Shown here: piece after piece, positions 11,760 to 21,636 of the stretch
How the letters are laid out: each line of letters starts with the position of its first letter
Position numbering within the stretch: position 1 is the stretch's first letter
DNA from: an uncultured Campylobacter sp.
Lineage (GTDB): Bacteria; Campylobacterota; Campylobacteria; Campylobacterales; Campylobacteraceae
DNA length: 64,000 nt
Reading direction: 5' to 3'
Assembly (NCBI GenBank): GCA_963528355.1
Contig: CAURUZ010000007.1
Span: 15,554 to 79,553 of the forward strand
The notes under the pieces: generated by a model
What the model was told of the DNA's origin: nothing
What the model saw: the letters and a program-made list of their open reading frames with translations, nothing else
The model's database searches: none
Translations under genes and position numbers: made by a program

Positions 11760-13049
11760 TAGCTCGCACGCCCTAAATTTAAGGATAAATTCAAAACTCT
11801 AAGCTTAAAATTTAATCGTAGCGGGGGCGGTGCGCAGAAATGGAATTTCGCATAAAAGCGGCGCCGAATTTCGGCACGCGGAAGCAAAATTCCAAGGCAT
11901 AAATTTGCTACGTAGAATTTTCAGGGCTCGATGCAAAGCGTTATTGGTGCGAGGCTTAAGATCGGTATAAACTTGCTACGTAAAATTTAAAAACGGGATT
12001 TCCTAGCTAAATTTTTTAAAAGCAAATTTCAGTAAAATTTCACGATGCAGAATTTCAAATTAAAATTTTGCAAATTAAAATTCCGCAAAGTAGAATTTCA
12101 AAGCGAAATTCTGCGCGCAAGTAAACCCCACAAATCAAATCATGGAGCAAAAATGAGATATATTTTCGGACCCGTCGCCTCGCGTAGGTTCGGGCGCAGC
12201 CTAGGTATCGATCTGAGCCCGCAGCGCAAGCAGTGTAACTTCAACTGCGTCTATTGCGAGCTGGGCGCAGCTAGGCCGGTAAGCGCGATGAGCGAGCCCT
12301 GTGAGATCGACCCGGTCATCGCCGAGCTGAAAACCGCGCTGCAAAACCACTCTGGCATTGACGTCATTACGATCACCGCAAACGGCGAGCCTACGCTGCA
12401 TCCGCGCTTTGCAGAGCTCGCAAGCGCGCTAAAGGCGCTGAACCTGCCGCAGAAGCTGCTCGTTTTGTCAAACGGCTCGCTCGTGCGCGAAAACAGCGCT
12501 GCTTTAATGAAACTTGATATCTGCAAATTTTCGCTAGATAGCGCACTTGCGAAAAGCTTTCGCAAGGTGGACGGCCCGCACGCAGGCATTAGCGCTGAGG
12601 ATATCGTAAGCGCGATCGCGGATTTTGCGCGCGAGTTTCGCGGCGAGCTTGATATCGAAATCCTAGTCGTGCGCGGGCTAAACGATACGCAAGAGGATTT
12701 TGCGGCGCTGAATGTGGCTCTAGCGCGCATCAACCCGCACCGCGTAGATATTGGCACTATAGATCGCCCGCCCGCATACCGCGTGCAGGGTGTGAGCGAG
12801 GCGCAGCTGCGCTATCTAGCCACTTTCATCGAAAATCAAAACGTAAATATAATCTCTGCGCCCAAATACGCAAGCGAGCGGCTGAGCTTTAGCGAGGATG
12901 AGATATTGCATACTTTGGCACGCCGTCCGCAGCGCACGAGCGACGTGGAGGCGATGTTTGACGAAGCGAGCGCGCAGCTTTTAAAGCGCCTTGTGGGTGC
13001 AGGCAAGGTCGTTTTTAAAGACGGTTTTTACGAGATTGCAAAAGGCTAG
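11760..13049 (+). repeat. Long inverted repeat, arm A (radical SAM gene plus upstream region); partner at 38187-39280
   Basis: The CDS aligns with the reverse complement of 38187-39083, and 11760-11890 aligns with the reverse complement of ~39151-39280. Confidence 0.93.
12153..13049 (+). CDS. Radical SAM protein (copy 1, downstream of hemE)
   Basis: FGPVASRRFGRSLGIDL, CNFNCVYC cluster motif, ANGEPTL; ATG at 12153 after GGAG. The N-terminal extension in the ORF track is spacer sequence. Confidence 0.92.
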   Translation: MRYIFGPVASRRFGRSLGIDLSPQRKQCNFNCVYCELGAARPVSAMSEPCEIDPVIAELKTALQNHSGIDVITITANGEPTLHPRFAELASALKALNLPQKLLVLSNGSLVRENSAALMKLDICKFSLDSALAKSFRKVDGPHAGISAEDIVSAIADFAREFRGELDIEILVVRGLNDTQEDFAALNVALARINPHRVDIGTIDRPPAYRVQGVSEAQLRYLATFIENQNVNIISAPKYASERLSFSEDEILHTLARRPQRTSDVEAMFDEASAQLLKRLVGAGKVVFKDGFYEIAKG

Positions 13050-13930
13050 GCGTTAAAATTTTAAAAGCTCTTTTGCGGCGCGGCGAGGGAAGGGCCTACA
13101 TTTACGTCGTAGCAAATGGTGCTGCCGCACGCCGAGCTAGAGAGGCGGCGTAAGGAGAGCTAGCGTTAAATTTAGCGCCGAGTTGCGCCGCTGTCGCAAA
13201 GATGCTAGCACACTCGGTTTTAGGAAACGATGCTGCCACGGCGTGCGTTGGTCTTTAATAGGCCAGGCGGTGCTTAAAAGCGCCGTTAAATTATGAAATT
13301 TATGCACACGTCGCAAAGATACAGATCCTAAACGGCGCTTTTTGTGTGTCAGCGGATTATTGAAGTAAGTCGAATAATAGGATAGCAAAAGCGGGCTTGG
13401 GCTCCGCGAGAGATCGCGAAATGCGCTTTTAAATTTGGGCTACTTACCGTGCTTCTTTGGGTTTTTGCGTTCATTTTGGCGGATTTTAATCACCCGCGTG
13501 CCGAATGCGCGCTCATGCACGATACTTGCGTGTTTAAACGCCTGCGATCGGATAGTGCATAAACGCCGCAAAATTTTATCTCATACTTCGGTCTTTAAAT
13601 TTAAAATTTAGCCCGCAGAATTTGATCTGTGCTAGAGTTTTGACGCGGATCGCGCTAAAACTCCACGCCATAAATCGTCGCAGCCGCTAAAATTTTAATT
13701 CGCGTCGTTTTGCCGCGATAAAATTCTATGGAATTTTTTTGAATGCTAGCCGCAAAATTTCAAGCCGTTACGCGCTTTGCGGCGATGCCGAAATTTTGCC
13801 GCGATAGAGTTTCGCGGCATAATTTTACGCCGCTCGGCGTATCTACTAGAGCGAGCTTTAGACGATAAAATTTTAGGGCAGAGCTGCGGGCAAAATTCTA
13901 AATTCCAAAGTAAAATTTTGCCCGTTAAGT

Positions 13931-15505
13931 CTAGCGCGCGATCACTTTGTCGATCCAGTCAAAAAGCTCCTCAAGATCGTAATCGCCGCCGTGTCCTTGC
14001 CCCCAAGGCACCGCGAAATCGACGTTCTTGCCCGCATTTTGCAAGCTAAGCGCCAAAATTGCAGGGATCGCAAGCGCCGTATCGCGATCGCTCGCGCCGT
14101 GTCGGATGCGGTAATGCTTCGCGCCGTTTCCGCTATGCACGAAGCTCATCGCATCCATCATCTCTACGAGCTGCGCATCTGCGATCAGCACCCCTTTGGC
14201 GGGGTCATTCATCGCGCCAAAATCCGTAAAATGCGCCGCGTTAAATTTGGCGCCGCCGAACAGCTCGTTTTCGGGATTTTCAAGCGCAAAGCCGTCGAAT
14301 GCGGGCGGGGTCTTGGCGCGCGGCTCGGAGGTCGCATAGCCCCAAAAAAGCATATGCGATTGGGGTGCATCATCCTTGATCTTGGCGGCGAGGTATAGGG
14401 GCGCCTTCGCGCGCGGATTTTTCGCCGCAAAATTAGCAAACGAGGCCGATATGAGCCCGTTTATGTAATCTTTGAAGCTGCCGTCGCCGTTTTTATCCAA
14501 GCTTAGCGCGCGACCGCCTCCGTCCTTTAAGCTTAGCGAGTTCAGATAGGCGGGGAATTGCGCCTTTAGCTCGTCTGAAATTTTAATCTGCGCCGCGCTT
14601 AGTTTGCCGCTTAGCATCTTGCGTGCGGGTTTTGCGGCGCTTTGATCCGCGCCTTTTTTAGAATTTTTTTCAGCGCCGCTAGAATTTTCGCCCCGCTCGT
14701 TAAACCCCGTCGCATCAAGGCCGCTAAAATCCATCTTTTCATATTCGCTCTGCGCGCCAAACATCCACTCATACGCAGTGTCCGCGTGCTTTAGATTTGT
14801 GATCGGGCAGTATGCGGACGCCGCGTAAATTTTGTCGCTCGCCTTCGCAGCGCCCAGCTCCTGCAGATACGGCTCGTACGCAGCCTCGTCCCCGCTCGCG
14901 CCCAAAAGCGCCGAGAGCGCTCCGCCCGCGCTCGTGCCGTTTGAGATGATCCTGTTCGCGTCCCCCGGCATCGCCGCGTCGTTAAATTTCAGATACCGCA
15001 CGGCTGCCTTTAAATCGACGATCGCTGCGGGCGCCTTGCCGATATAATCGCTGTTTGCGCCCTTTAACGTGCGTCCGCGCGCTGCGGGTGCGGCTACGAC
15101 GTAACCGCGCGAAAGCGCCGTAGCGATTGCGTTTGGTTTGCCGCTTGCGTCTATCTTGACCTCGCCTGCTTCGCCCGGCATGTAGCCGCCCACGCCGTTT
15201 GGCAAAAATATCGGCGCGCTCGCGGCGTCAAATTTGCCGCTCTTGCGCCCCTCAAAATACTGCTGCGGGATGAAGATATTCATGCTCTGATAGTGCGTGC
15301 TTACGGGTTTTGCGACGTAGATTATGTTTTTGTAGGCGCGAAATTTTATCTTTTTGCCGCCTATGGTTACGCTTTCTTGCGTAAAATTTGCGGCGTTAAA
15401 TTTCAGATCTATTTGCGCGCTCTGCGTTGCCGCAGCCTCGGCGTTTAGGCTTAGCGTGCCGCAAAGTATCGCGGCAGCGCCTAAAGCAAGGGATTTTTTA
15501 CTCAC
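13931..15505 (-). CDS. Secreted alpha/beta hydrolase, subtype B tannase-like
   Basis: Signal peptide; IFLPNGVGGY, ARGR, IVDLKAAVRYL, nucleophile elbow GTSAGG, YCPITNL, RIRHG..D, PWGQGHGGDY. GTG start after AAGGA; tgcTAAAAT -10 at 15572-15577. Confidence 0.8.
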   Translation of the reverse strand: MSKKSLALGAAAILCGTLSLNAEAAATQSAQIDLKFNAANFTQESVTIGGKKIKFRAYKNIIYVAKPVSTHYQSMNIFIPQQYFEGRKSGKFDAASAPIFLPNGVGGYMPGEAGEVKIDASGKPNAIATALSRGYVVAAPAARGRTLKGANSDYIGKAPAAIVDLKAAVRYLKFNDAAMPGDANRIISNGTSAGGALSALLGASGDEAAYEPYLQELGAAKASDKIYAASAYCPITNLKHADTAYEWMFGAQSEYEKMDFSGLDATGFNERGENSSGAEKNSKKGADQSAAKPARKMLSGKLSAAQIKISDELKAQFPAYLNSLSLKDGGGRALSLDKNGDGSFKDYINGLISASFANFAAKNPRAKAPLYLAAKIKDDAPQSHMLFWGYATSEPRAKTPPAFDGFALENPENELFGGAKFNAAHFTDFGAMNDPAKGVLIADAQLVEMMDAMSFVHSGNGAKHYRIRHGASDRDTALAIPAILALSLQNAGKNVDFAVPWGQGHGGDYDLEELFDWIDKVIAR

Positions 15506-15736
15506 TGAAGTATCCTTTATATTTTAATATTGCCGCTTTTTAGCCATTCAAGCAGCTTAGTGACAAAGCTAATTTTAGCAAAACTCAGCGAATACTTAAA
15601 TCCGCTGCTCGCCTAAATTTTGAAATTTAAACGCAAAGGCATCTGCAAGTTGAAAGGAATTTTAAACTCGAAGTGTTATTTTAGTGGGCATTTGCGATCC
15701 GCCGCCGCAAAAGCTAGCTGCATCAAATTCTGCTCG

Positions 15737-16231
15737 TTAATTTATAAGCTTGAGCTGCGTTTCGAAGGCGGATTTGGGGTAGAGACCGATGAGCTTTTTA
15801 ACCGCTTTGCCGTTTTTATCGTAGATCACCGACGTAGGGGTGCCGAAAATGCCGCCTACGATGGTTTCAAAGTATTTCACCGAGCTCGCGCCGCTGACGC
15901 TTGGGAATTTTATCCCCTTTTCGCGAGCGACCGCGGCATCTGCTTCTAGCCCCTTGCCGTCGCCCAAAACGCCGATGATCAGCGCATCGCCGCTAGCTTG
16001 TAGCTCGTTTAGCACGGGTACTTGGGCTTTGCACGCGCCGCAGCTGCTGGTGTAGAAAAACAGCACGAGCGGCTTGTCGTTACCCTCGATCTTTAGCGTG
16101 CGCTCGGAGGGGTCGAACTTGGAGGCGAGCGAAGTGCCGTCGCTGCTTAGATGGTGCTTCCATCCGTCGCAGCCTGCGAGCAGTAGCGCGAACACGGCGG
16201 CAGCAACTTTTAAATTTAAAAATTTTATCAT
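15737..16231 (-). CDS. TlpA/thioredoxin-like lipoprotein of the iron-uptake operon
   Basis: Lipobox LAGC, CGAC active site, cis-Pro GTPT; positioned at the end of the FTR1-p19-ABC operon as in C. jejuni cj1664/cj1665. Confidence 0.88.
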   Translation of the reverse strand: MIKFLNLKVAAAVFALLLAGCDGWKHHLSSDGTSLASKFDPSERTLKIEGNDKPLVLFFYTSSCGACKAQVPVLNELQASGDALIIGVLGDGKGLEADAAVAREKGIKFPSVSGASSVKYFETIVGGIFGTPTSVIYDKNGKAVKKLIGLYPKSAFETQLKLIN

Positions 16232-16702
16232 CTAAAACCCGCCTTCGGGCGCGCTAAATCGGCCTTTAAATTTGCGTTTGAAATTTTAAAATTTACGGCG
16301 CGATCTGGGCGGAAATTTATATCGTAACCCGCGCCTAGGCGTATGTTGCGAACTACGTCGAAATCTGGGCCCGTGGTGTTTCGGCTTTTAAAATTTAGAT
16401 TTTTAAAATTTTTACTCACTCCGCTCGGCTTCGCATCGGCGCTTGATATTTCGAGGCAAACGGCTTCGGCAGGACGTGCGTAGCAAAGAGTCACGCCTGC
16501 TCGCGCGAGCTTTGTGCGAACCCAAAAAGAGCGCGAGCGGGCGGTAAAATTTTTAAATTTTGACGCAGCTTTATTTTTCATCATGCGAGCTAAATTTTAC
16601 GCATTGGAATTCTGCGCGCCTGAATTTTTAGCACCTTGATTTTCGCCGTTAGAATTTTCGGCACTCTGATCTTCGCTGCCAGAGCTTTGCGAGGCAGGAT
16701 TT
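16043..16702 (-). repeat. Direct repeat, copy A (TlpA 5' part, intervening ORF, ABC ATPase tail); partner at 37026-37919
   Basis: Nucleotide-level alignment visible by eye, e.g. gcagcaacttttaaatttaaaaattt and ttgattttcgccg are shared. Confidence 0.92.
16228..16584 (-). CDS. Possible small hypothetical protein (doubtful)
   Basis: 118-codon ORF fills the gap between the ABC ATPase and TlpA genes, and its stop overlaps the TlpA start (ATGA). No clear RBS; low complexity. Confidence 0.35.
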   Translation of the reverse strand: MMKNKAASKFKNFTARSRSFWVRTKLARAGVTLCYARPAEAVCLEISSADAKPSGVSKNFKNLNFKSRNTTGPDFDVVRNIRLGAGYDINFRPDRAVNFKISNANLKADLARPKAGFR

Positions 16703-17466
16703 TGCTCGCTCGCAGCTTCGGCGCTAGAGTTTTGCGAAGCGCTTTTGTTTGGACCGCGATCTGAAATTTTATCTTGCGAGCCGAGATTGTGCTTCATCGT
16801 GCTTTGATCCAAAAGCTCTATTCGATCGAGCTTGCCGTGTCTTAGGCGCACCACTTTATCGGCAAATTTACCGAGCTCTTCGTTGTGCGTGACCAAAAGC
16901 AGCGTCTTGCCCTCGCTGCGAAGCGTCTGAAAGAGCTGCAAAACCACGCGCTCGTTGGCCTCGTCGAGGTTGCCCGTAGGTTCATCCGCGATGATGATGT
17001 CGGGATCATTGATGAGTGCGCGCGCGATGCAGACACGCTGCTGCTCGCCGCCGCTAAGCTCGCTAGGGCGGTGCGTGATGCGGTGCCCGAGCCCTACTTT
17101 CTCAAGTGCCGCTTTGGCGCTGTCTTCATCCACGCAGCTGTGGTAGTATTGATTTAGCATGACGTTTTCGACGGCCGTTAGATAGGGGATTAAGTGAAAC
17201 TGCTGAAACACGAGGCCGATCTTTTTGCGGCGAAATTCCAAAATTTGCTCGTCGTTTAGCGCGCTCGCGTCGGCTCCGCCCAGGATATATCTGCCCGCGG
17301 TAGGGGTGTCCATCAGGCTTAGGATATTTACGAGCGTGCTCTTGCCGCTGCCGCTTGGGCCCATTATGCTGACCCACTCGCCGCTTAAAACGTCGAAGCT
17401 GATATTATCGAGAGCCTTGACCTCGCCGAAGTATTTGCAGATGCCTTCAAATTTTAAAGTTTCCAT
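16597..17466 (-). CDS. ABC transporter ATP-binding protein (MacB/LolD-like) with a low-complexity tail
   Basis: GPSGSGKST, LSGGEQQRV, IIADEPTGNLD, VTH. Confidence 0.95.
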   Translation of the reverse strand: METLKFEGICKYFGEVKALDNISFDVLSGEWVSIMGPSGSGKSTLVNILSLMDTPTAGRYILGGADASALNDEQILEFRRKKIGLVFQQFHLIPYLTAVENVMLNQYYHSCVDEDSAKAALEKVGLGHRITHRPSELSGGEQQRVCIARALINDPDIIIADEPTGNLDEANERVVLQLFQTLRSEGKTLLLVTHNEELGKFADKVVRLRHGKLDRIELLDQSTMKHNLGSQDKISDRGPNKSASQNSSAEAASEQNPASQSSGSEDQSAENSNGENQGAKNSGAQNSNA

Positions 17467-17467
17467 G

Positions 17468-18601
17468 TCATTCCCTTAATAGATTCGCTAAATTCGGATT
17501 CAGCGCCTTTTTGATCGGATAGTAGCTTGCCGCGAGCGCAAAAATCAGGCTCAGCGCGACCGCCGCAAAGAGGCTAATCAGCCTAAAATCCACGCTGCTT
17601 GAAAATATCAGATGCCCGAGCAAGATCGCGAGCAGGTATCCCACGAATACTCCCGCTAGCGAGCCTGCGACGCAGACGGTTAAAATTTCGCTCAGGATTA
17701 GGTGAAGCAAATTTTGCTTGCTCGCGCCGATTGCGCGGATGAGCGCGAACTCTTTGATGCGCGAAAGCAGGATCGAGCTAAGGCTCGTGTTGATGCAGAC
17801 CGAGGTGATTAGAAGGATCGTAATGCCGATAAGAAGCATCAAAAGCTTGATTTTGTTTAAGATGATGCCCTGGGTCTTGGATACCTTGCCGATCGGCGCG
17901 AAGCTCATCTGCGCATCGCTTAGACTTTTTGAAATTTCGCTAAGCTGCTTAAAATCGCCGCTTACGATCGCTTCGGCGTAATTTACCTGCGCAGGCTGAT
18001 TTAAAATTTTTTGCGCCAGCGGCAGCGAGATTAGCAGCATGCCGTCCTCTTTCTGCCCGTCATAGACGATGCCTTTTATCTTTACCTTGCTCGTTTCGTT
18101 TGAGCCGATCGGCGTGATCTCGATACTGTCGCCGAGCTTCGCGCCCAAAAGTTTGGCGAGATCCTGCCCGATGAGCGCGTTTTTATCATCGAAATCCACG
18201 CCGATAAACGAGCCCTCTTTGAGATCTAAAAACGGCATCGTATCGCGCAGGGAGGAGAAATTTACTCCCATGATGATGCCTGAGTTGACGCCTAAATTTG
18301 CGCTGCCGAAAAGGTATTTATTCGCGCTTTTCAGTGCGGGGATTTTAGCGAACTTCGCATCGAGCGCCGCTTCGTCCATATGGGAATTTTCTAAATTTGC
18401 AGGGCTTACGATTAAATTTGCGCCGTAGCTGTTTAGCTCGCTGGCGACCTTTTTATCGATATCGGCGTAGATATTTACGAACGCCGCGCAAACTGCGCTG
18501 CCTAGCATGATCGCGACGAAAATCACGAGGCTGCGGATGCCGCTGTTGATGATACTTTTAAAGATCGCGCCTCTAAAAAACGCTCCGTTATTTCCTACCA
18601 T
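17468..18601 (-). CDS. ABC transporter permease (FtsX/MacB family)
   Basis: N-terminal TM, YGANL periplasmic domain, RIKEFALIRAIGA, three C-terminal TMs. Confidence 0.92.
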   Translation of the reverse strand: MVGNNGAFFRGAIFKSIINSGIRSLVIFVAIMLGSAVCAAFVNIYADIDKKVASELNSYGANLIVSPANLENSHMDEAALDAKFAKIPALKSANKYLFGSANLGVNSGIIMGVNFSSLRDTMPFLDLKEGSFIGVDFDDKNALIGQDLAKLLGAKLGDSIEITPIGSNETSKVKIKGIVYDGQKEDGMLLISLPLAQKILNQPAQVNYAEAIVSGDFKQLSEISKSLSDAQMSFAPIGKVSKTQGIILNKIKLLMLLIGITILLITSVCINTSLSSILLSRIKEFALIRAIGASKQNLLHLILSEILTVCVAGSLAGVFVGYLLAILLGHLIFSSSVDFRLISLFAAVALSLIFALAASYYPIKKALNPNLANLLRE

Positions 18602-19832
18602 AAAGCACCTCCGCAGGCAGTAGCTTGATCACTCCGCGTAGCGGTAAGATCGAGCCGATAATGCAAATAAGAAGTCCAAAGACGATGCTAAGCGGAAAGA
18701 CCATCAGCGACACGCCGATGAATGAGCCGAAAATTTGATACGCGATCGCCCAGCTAAGCGCATAGCCCACGACTGCGCCCACGAGCGAGCTAAGTATGCA
18801 GATGACGAAAATTTCGGCGGCGAACTGGATATAGATCATAAAGTTGCTCGCTCCCAGCGCCTTAAGCAAACCAATCTCCTTTTTACGTTTGTAAATTTCG
18901 CTGCTTAGCAGGCTCGTGATGCAGATGCTTGAAATCAGCAGCGATAGGATGCTTACGACGCCCATTAAATTTTGAATTTTTTTCGTAATGCCGCTTTGAG
19001 CTTCGCTGACGCTAAGCACCGCCTTAGCGGTCGCGTTTGGATACTCCTCGGTGATCTGATATGCGATGGAGCTAACGTATGCTGAGCAATACCATGTGTC
19101 GTATTCTGTGGCGTCTAGATTATCGAGACTCCTTCTTGCCTTTACGGACAGATCGTCTTCGGGGATAGTCATGGCGCTAACTTCTGCCTTGGCGATGAGG
19201 CCCTCTTTGTGCGTTAGCTTTTGCACCAGTGATAAATTTGCGATCAGCTTTTTGGCTTCATCCTCCGCGCCGTGCAAAATCCCAACGACTTTAACCTCAT
19301 AATCTCCAAGCTTAACCGTATCGCCGATCTTTAGCCCCAGCGCGTCTCCTGCAAGCACCTCGTCATCAGCGCCGTCTTTTACCCACTGCCCCTCTACACT
19401 CCAAAACGGATAGAGCGAGCGCACGCCCGATCTGAAATCAGGCTCGTCGCTAACGCCCACGTCCCTTTCAAAGTAGGTTCCCACGACGTCGTAATCTCCC
19501 GCGCGGGTAGTTAAAAAGGGCGCAAAGGCGGTGATATTGTTGCGCCAAAAAATTTCTTTGATCTTATGTAGCTCACTCTCTTTTAAGAAATCGTCATTCT
19601 TAAGCGGAGAGTATTCGCGCCCACCGATCTCGATGCTTAGGCTTTGCGAGCGCGGTAGCACTACGATATTTGAGCCGTAGCTGCGTAGCTCCTTAGCGAC
19701 CTGATCGCCGATTTTTAGCGTGATATTTAGCATGCAAGCGATCAGTGAGACCGATAAAAATATCGTCAAAAACGCTAAAATTTTGCTATCCCTGGAGTTT
19801 AAAATGGAGGATTTGATGATGCGTAAAAACAT
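18588..19832 (-). CDS. ABC transporter permease (FtsX/MacB family)
   Basis: ELRSYGSNI, RKKEIGLLKALGA, PAEVLYG. Confidence 0.92.
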   Translation of the reverse strand: MFLRIIKSSILNSRDSKILAFLTIFLSVSLIACMLNITLKIGDQVAKELRSYGSNIVVLPRSQSLSIEIGGREYSPLKNDDFLKESELHKIKEIFWRNNITAFAPFLTTRAGDYDVVGTYFERDVGVSDEPDFRSGVRSLYPFWSVEGQWVKDGADDEVLAGDALGLKIGDTVKLGDYEVKVVGILHGAEDEAKKLIANLSLVQKLTHKEGLIAKAEVSAMTIPEDDLSVKARRSLDNLDATEYDTWYCSAYVSSIAYQITEEYPNATAKAVLSVSEAQSGITKKIQNLMGVVSILSLLISSICITSLLSSEIYKRKKEIGLLKALGASNFMIYIQFAAEIFVICILSSLVGAVVGYALSWAIAYQIFGSFIGVSLMVFPLSIVFGLLICIIGSILPLRGVIKLLPAEVLYGRK

Positions 19833-21250
19833 TATTTAAGCTCCTTTAGCGTGCCGTTTTCATCTACATAGCGCTCGGGGTGCGCGGTGAAGGCGTTTGC
19901 ATTCGCTTCGCTTTCAAAAAAGTAGGTGCGTCCGTAGTAAAGATAGCTAAATTTAGAGGTGTTTAAAATTTCTTTTCTACTGACCGGATCGATCACCTTT
20001 TTATCCACGATCTCAGAGAAATAGGACGCGCCGTCCTCGATCGTCTTAAGCGCGATGACGATATTTTGCCCCTCTAGCTTATAATCCAGCGGAATCGGAT
20101 TGCAGCCGCCCAGCTTACCGACGCTCGGCAAAAATATACGCACGTTGCAAGCGATGCAGATGAGCTCATCGCCTTTTTTGATGTAGCCCATATCACCGCA
20201 GATCGAGCACGCGTCAAAAACCGCGACCGGGGCAAATTTGTCCGTGAAGCGGTTTAGTAGAAAAAACCTGACCTTGTGCCCGTCGTCGGTGACGTAGGCA
20301 AAGCGGTGCAGCTTGCCATCTTTTACGATGTTTGCATCAATTATGAATTCCGCACCTTGCGGCTCGATGATCTTAGGCTCATCAATCGTAGGCGGTTTTG
20401 AGGCGACCAAAATATAATAAAGCCCCAAAAAGCTGATTAAAACCCCAAGCGATAAGATCAGGCTAAAATCTCTAAAAATGGCGAATCTACCTGCTTTAAC
20501 CTCTCTAAATTTTATAATGTCCGCTTCGCGAGGCACTCGACTTGGCGCACGAAATGCCGTAAGTAGCGCAATTAGCGCAGCCATAAGGCAAAGAGCTAGC
20601 GTCAGATAGGAGTTGTTGTAGTGGATGATTTTGGCGATGACGCTTAGAAACTCGGACGAGCCGATCGCGTTTGAAAGCCCTTCAAAACCCTTCGCAGCTA
20701 GTGCTTTGGGCGCGTCTGCCTGGCGCAGATCAAGGCCTAAAAAGCCGATTTTAGCAATAAAGGCAAACGCCCATACAAGAGCGAATGACGCTAGCTTTGC
20801 GCCTCTGCTCGCGCGCGCTAGAGCTGAGCGATAAATAAAATAGAATAAAATGAGCGCCAGCGCACCTAAAACCGCCATAAAGAGGTTGGTTAGGCTGAAG
20901 CTGTCCAGCAGCTCGCCGGAGAAAATTTTAAAATTCATCCCTATGAAGCGGTATTCAAATCCATACGCGCAACCAAGAGCAAAAATAACTATAGCGGTAA
21001 GATAGAATCGCTTAAACTTAAACGCAAGCAGTAGCGCGAGCAGCGCTAAAATTGCGAGCGCGTCAAATACGATCTTGCCCGTATCGGTGTTTGCCGAGCG
21101 CGCAAATGCGCTAAAGCACAGCGCCCCGAATGCAGCTCCCAAAAGCGCGGGCAAAAACGATGCGCTGATAAAGCGCCTGCCGCCCAGATACGCGCTTAAA
21201 AACGCGAGCGGAAACAGAGCCAAGCTAACGTGATAAAAAAATATCGTCAT
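19832..21250 (-). CDS. Membrane Fe-S-containing protein (DUF2318) with a C-terminal YHS-like domain
   Basis: Multiple TMs, FDACSICG..GY....LICIAC....GGCNPIP, then DPVS...YGRTYFFES....F...PERY. Confidence 0.88.
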   Translation of the reverse strand: MTIFFYHVSLALFPLAFLSAYLGGRRFISASFLPALLGAAFGALCFSAFARSANTDTGKIVFDALAILALLALLLAFKFKRFYLTAIVIFALGCAYGFEYRFIGMNFKIFSGELLDSFSLTNLFMAVLGALALILFYFIYRSALARASRGAKLASFALVWAFAFIAKIGFLGLDLRQADAPKALAAKGFEGLSNAIGSSEFLSVIAKIIHYNNSYLTLALCLMAALIALLTAFRAPSRVPREADIIKFREVKAGRFAIFRDFSLILSLGVLISFLGLYYILVASKPPTIDEPKIIEPQGAEFIIDANIVKDGKLHRFAYVTDDGHKVRFFLLNRFTDKFAPVAVFDACSICGDMGYIKKGDELICIACNVRIFLPSVGKLGGCNPIPLDYKLEGQNIVIALKTIEDGASYFSEIVDKKVIDPVSRKEILNTSKFSYLYYGRTYFFESEANANAFTAHPERYVDENGTLKELK

Positions 21251-21599
21251 TAAAAATCCTCATCGAGCCTAATGCGCGTAAATCGCCTATAATTGCTTAA
21301 ATTTTAAAATTTTAAAACCTACGCCATTTTGTAAATTTTAAAATTTCAAATCAGCCCGCAAAAAGTTCGCAGCAATAGAGCCGCCCGCAAAGAGAAATTC
21401 GACTCGCTATTGCTTTGGTTTTATCTCGTCCTTGCGGTGCGCTAAATTTTAAAATTTTGCCGCAACTAAAAGATTCGTAAGCTTAAACGCATTAAAGCAA
21501 AAACGATACGCTTTGGCTGCGGCGTAGCGATTAAATTTTAAATGGGCTAAAGTAACCGCCTTAAATTTAAAGCGTGCGGCTAAACCCAATACCGCTAGA

Positions 21600-21626
21600 G
21601 CTCCGCCAAAACGGACTCGGCGGAGC
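21600..21626. terminator. Hairpin immediately after p19 (mRNA stabiliser or attenuator)
   Basis: Stem GCTCCGCC / GGCGGAGC about 10 nt past the p19 stop; no U tract. Confidence 0.4.
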
Positions 21627-21636
21627 CTGCTACGAT

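Noticed and set aside
11636..11887. Short K/F/N/L-rich ORFs in spacers (also 13777-14049, 15620-15949, 39080-39286, 43684-43899, 51666-51854)
   Set aside because: They are translations of AAATTT-rich spacer DNA; no evidence of coding.
13050..13560. Possible ncRNA or gene remnant between the radical SAM and tannase genes
   Set aside because: Only short repeats (gtcgcaaagat twice, tgctgcc twice); no supportable ORF or RNA family.
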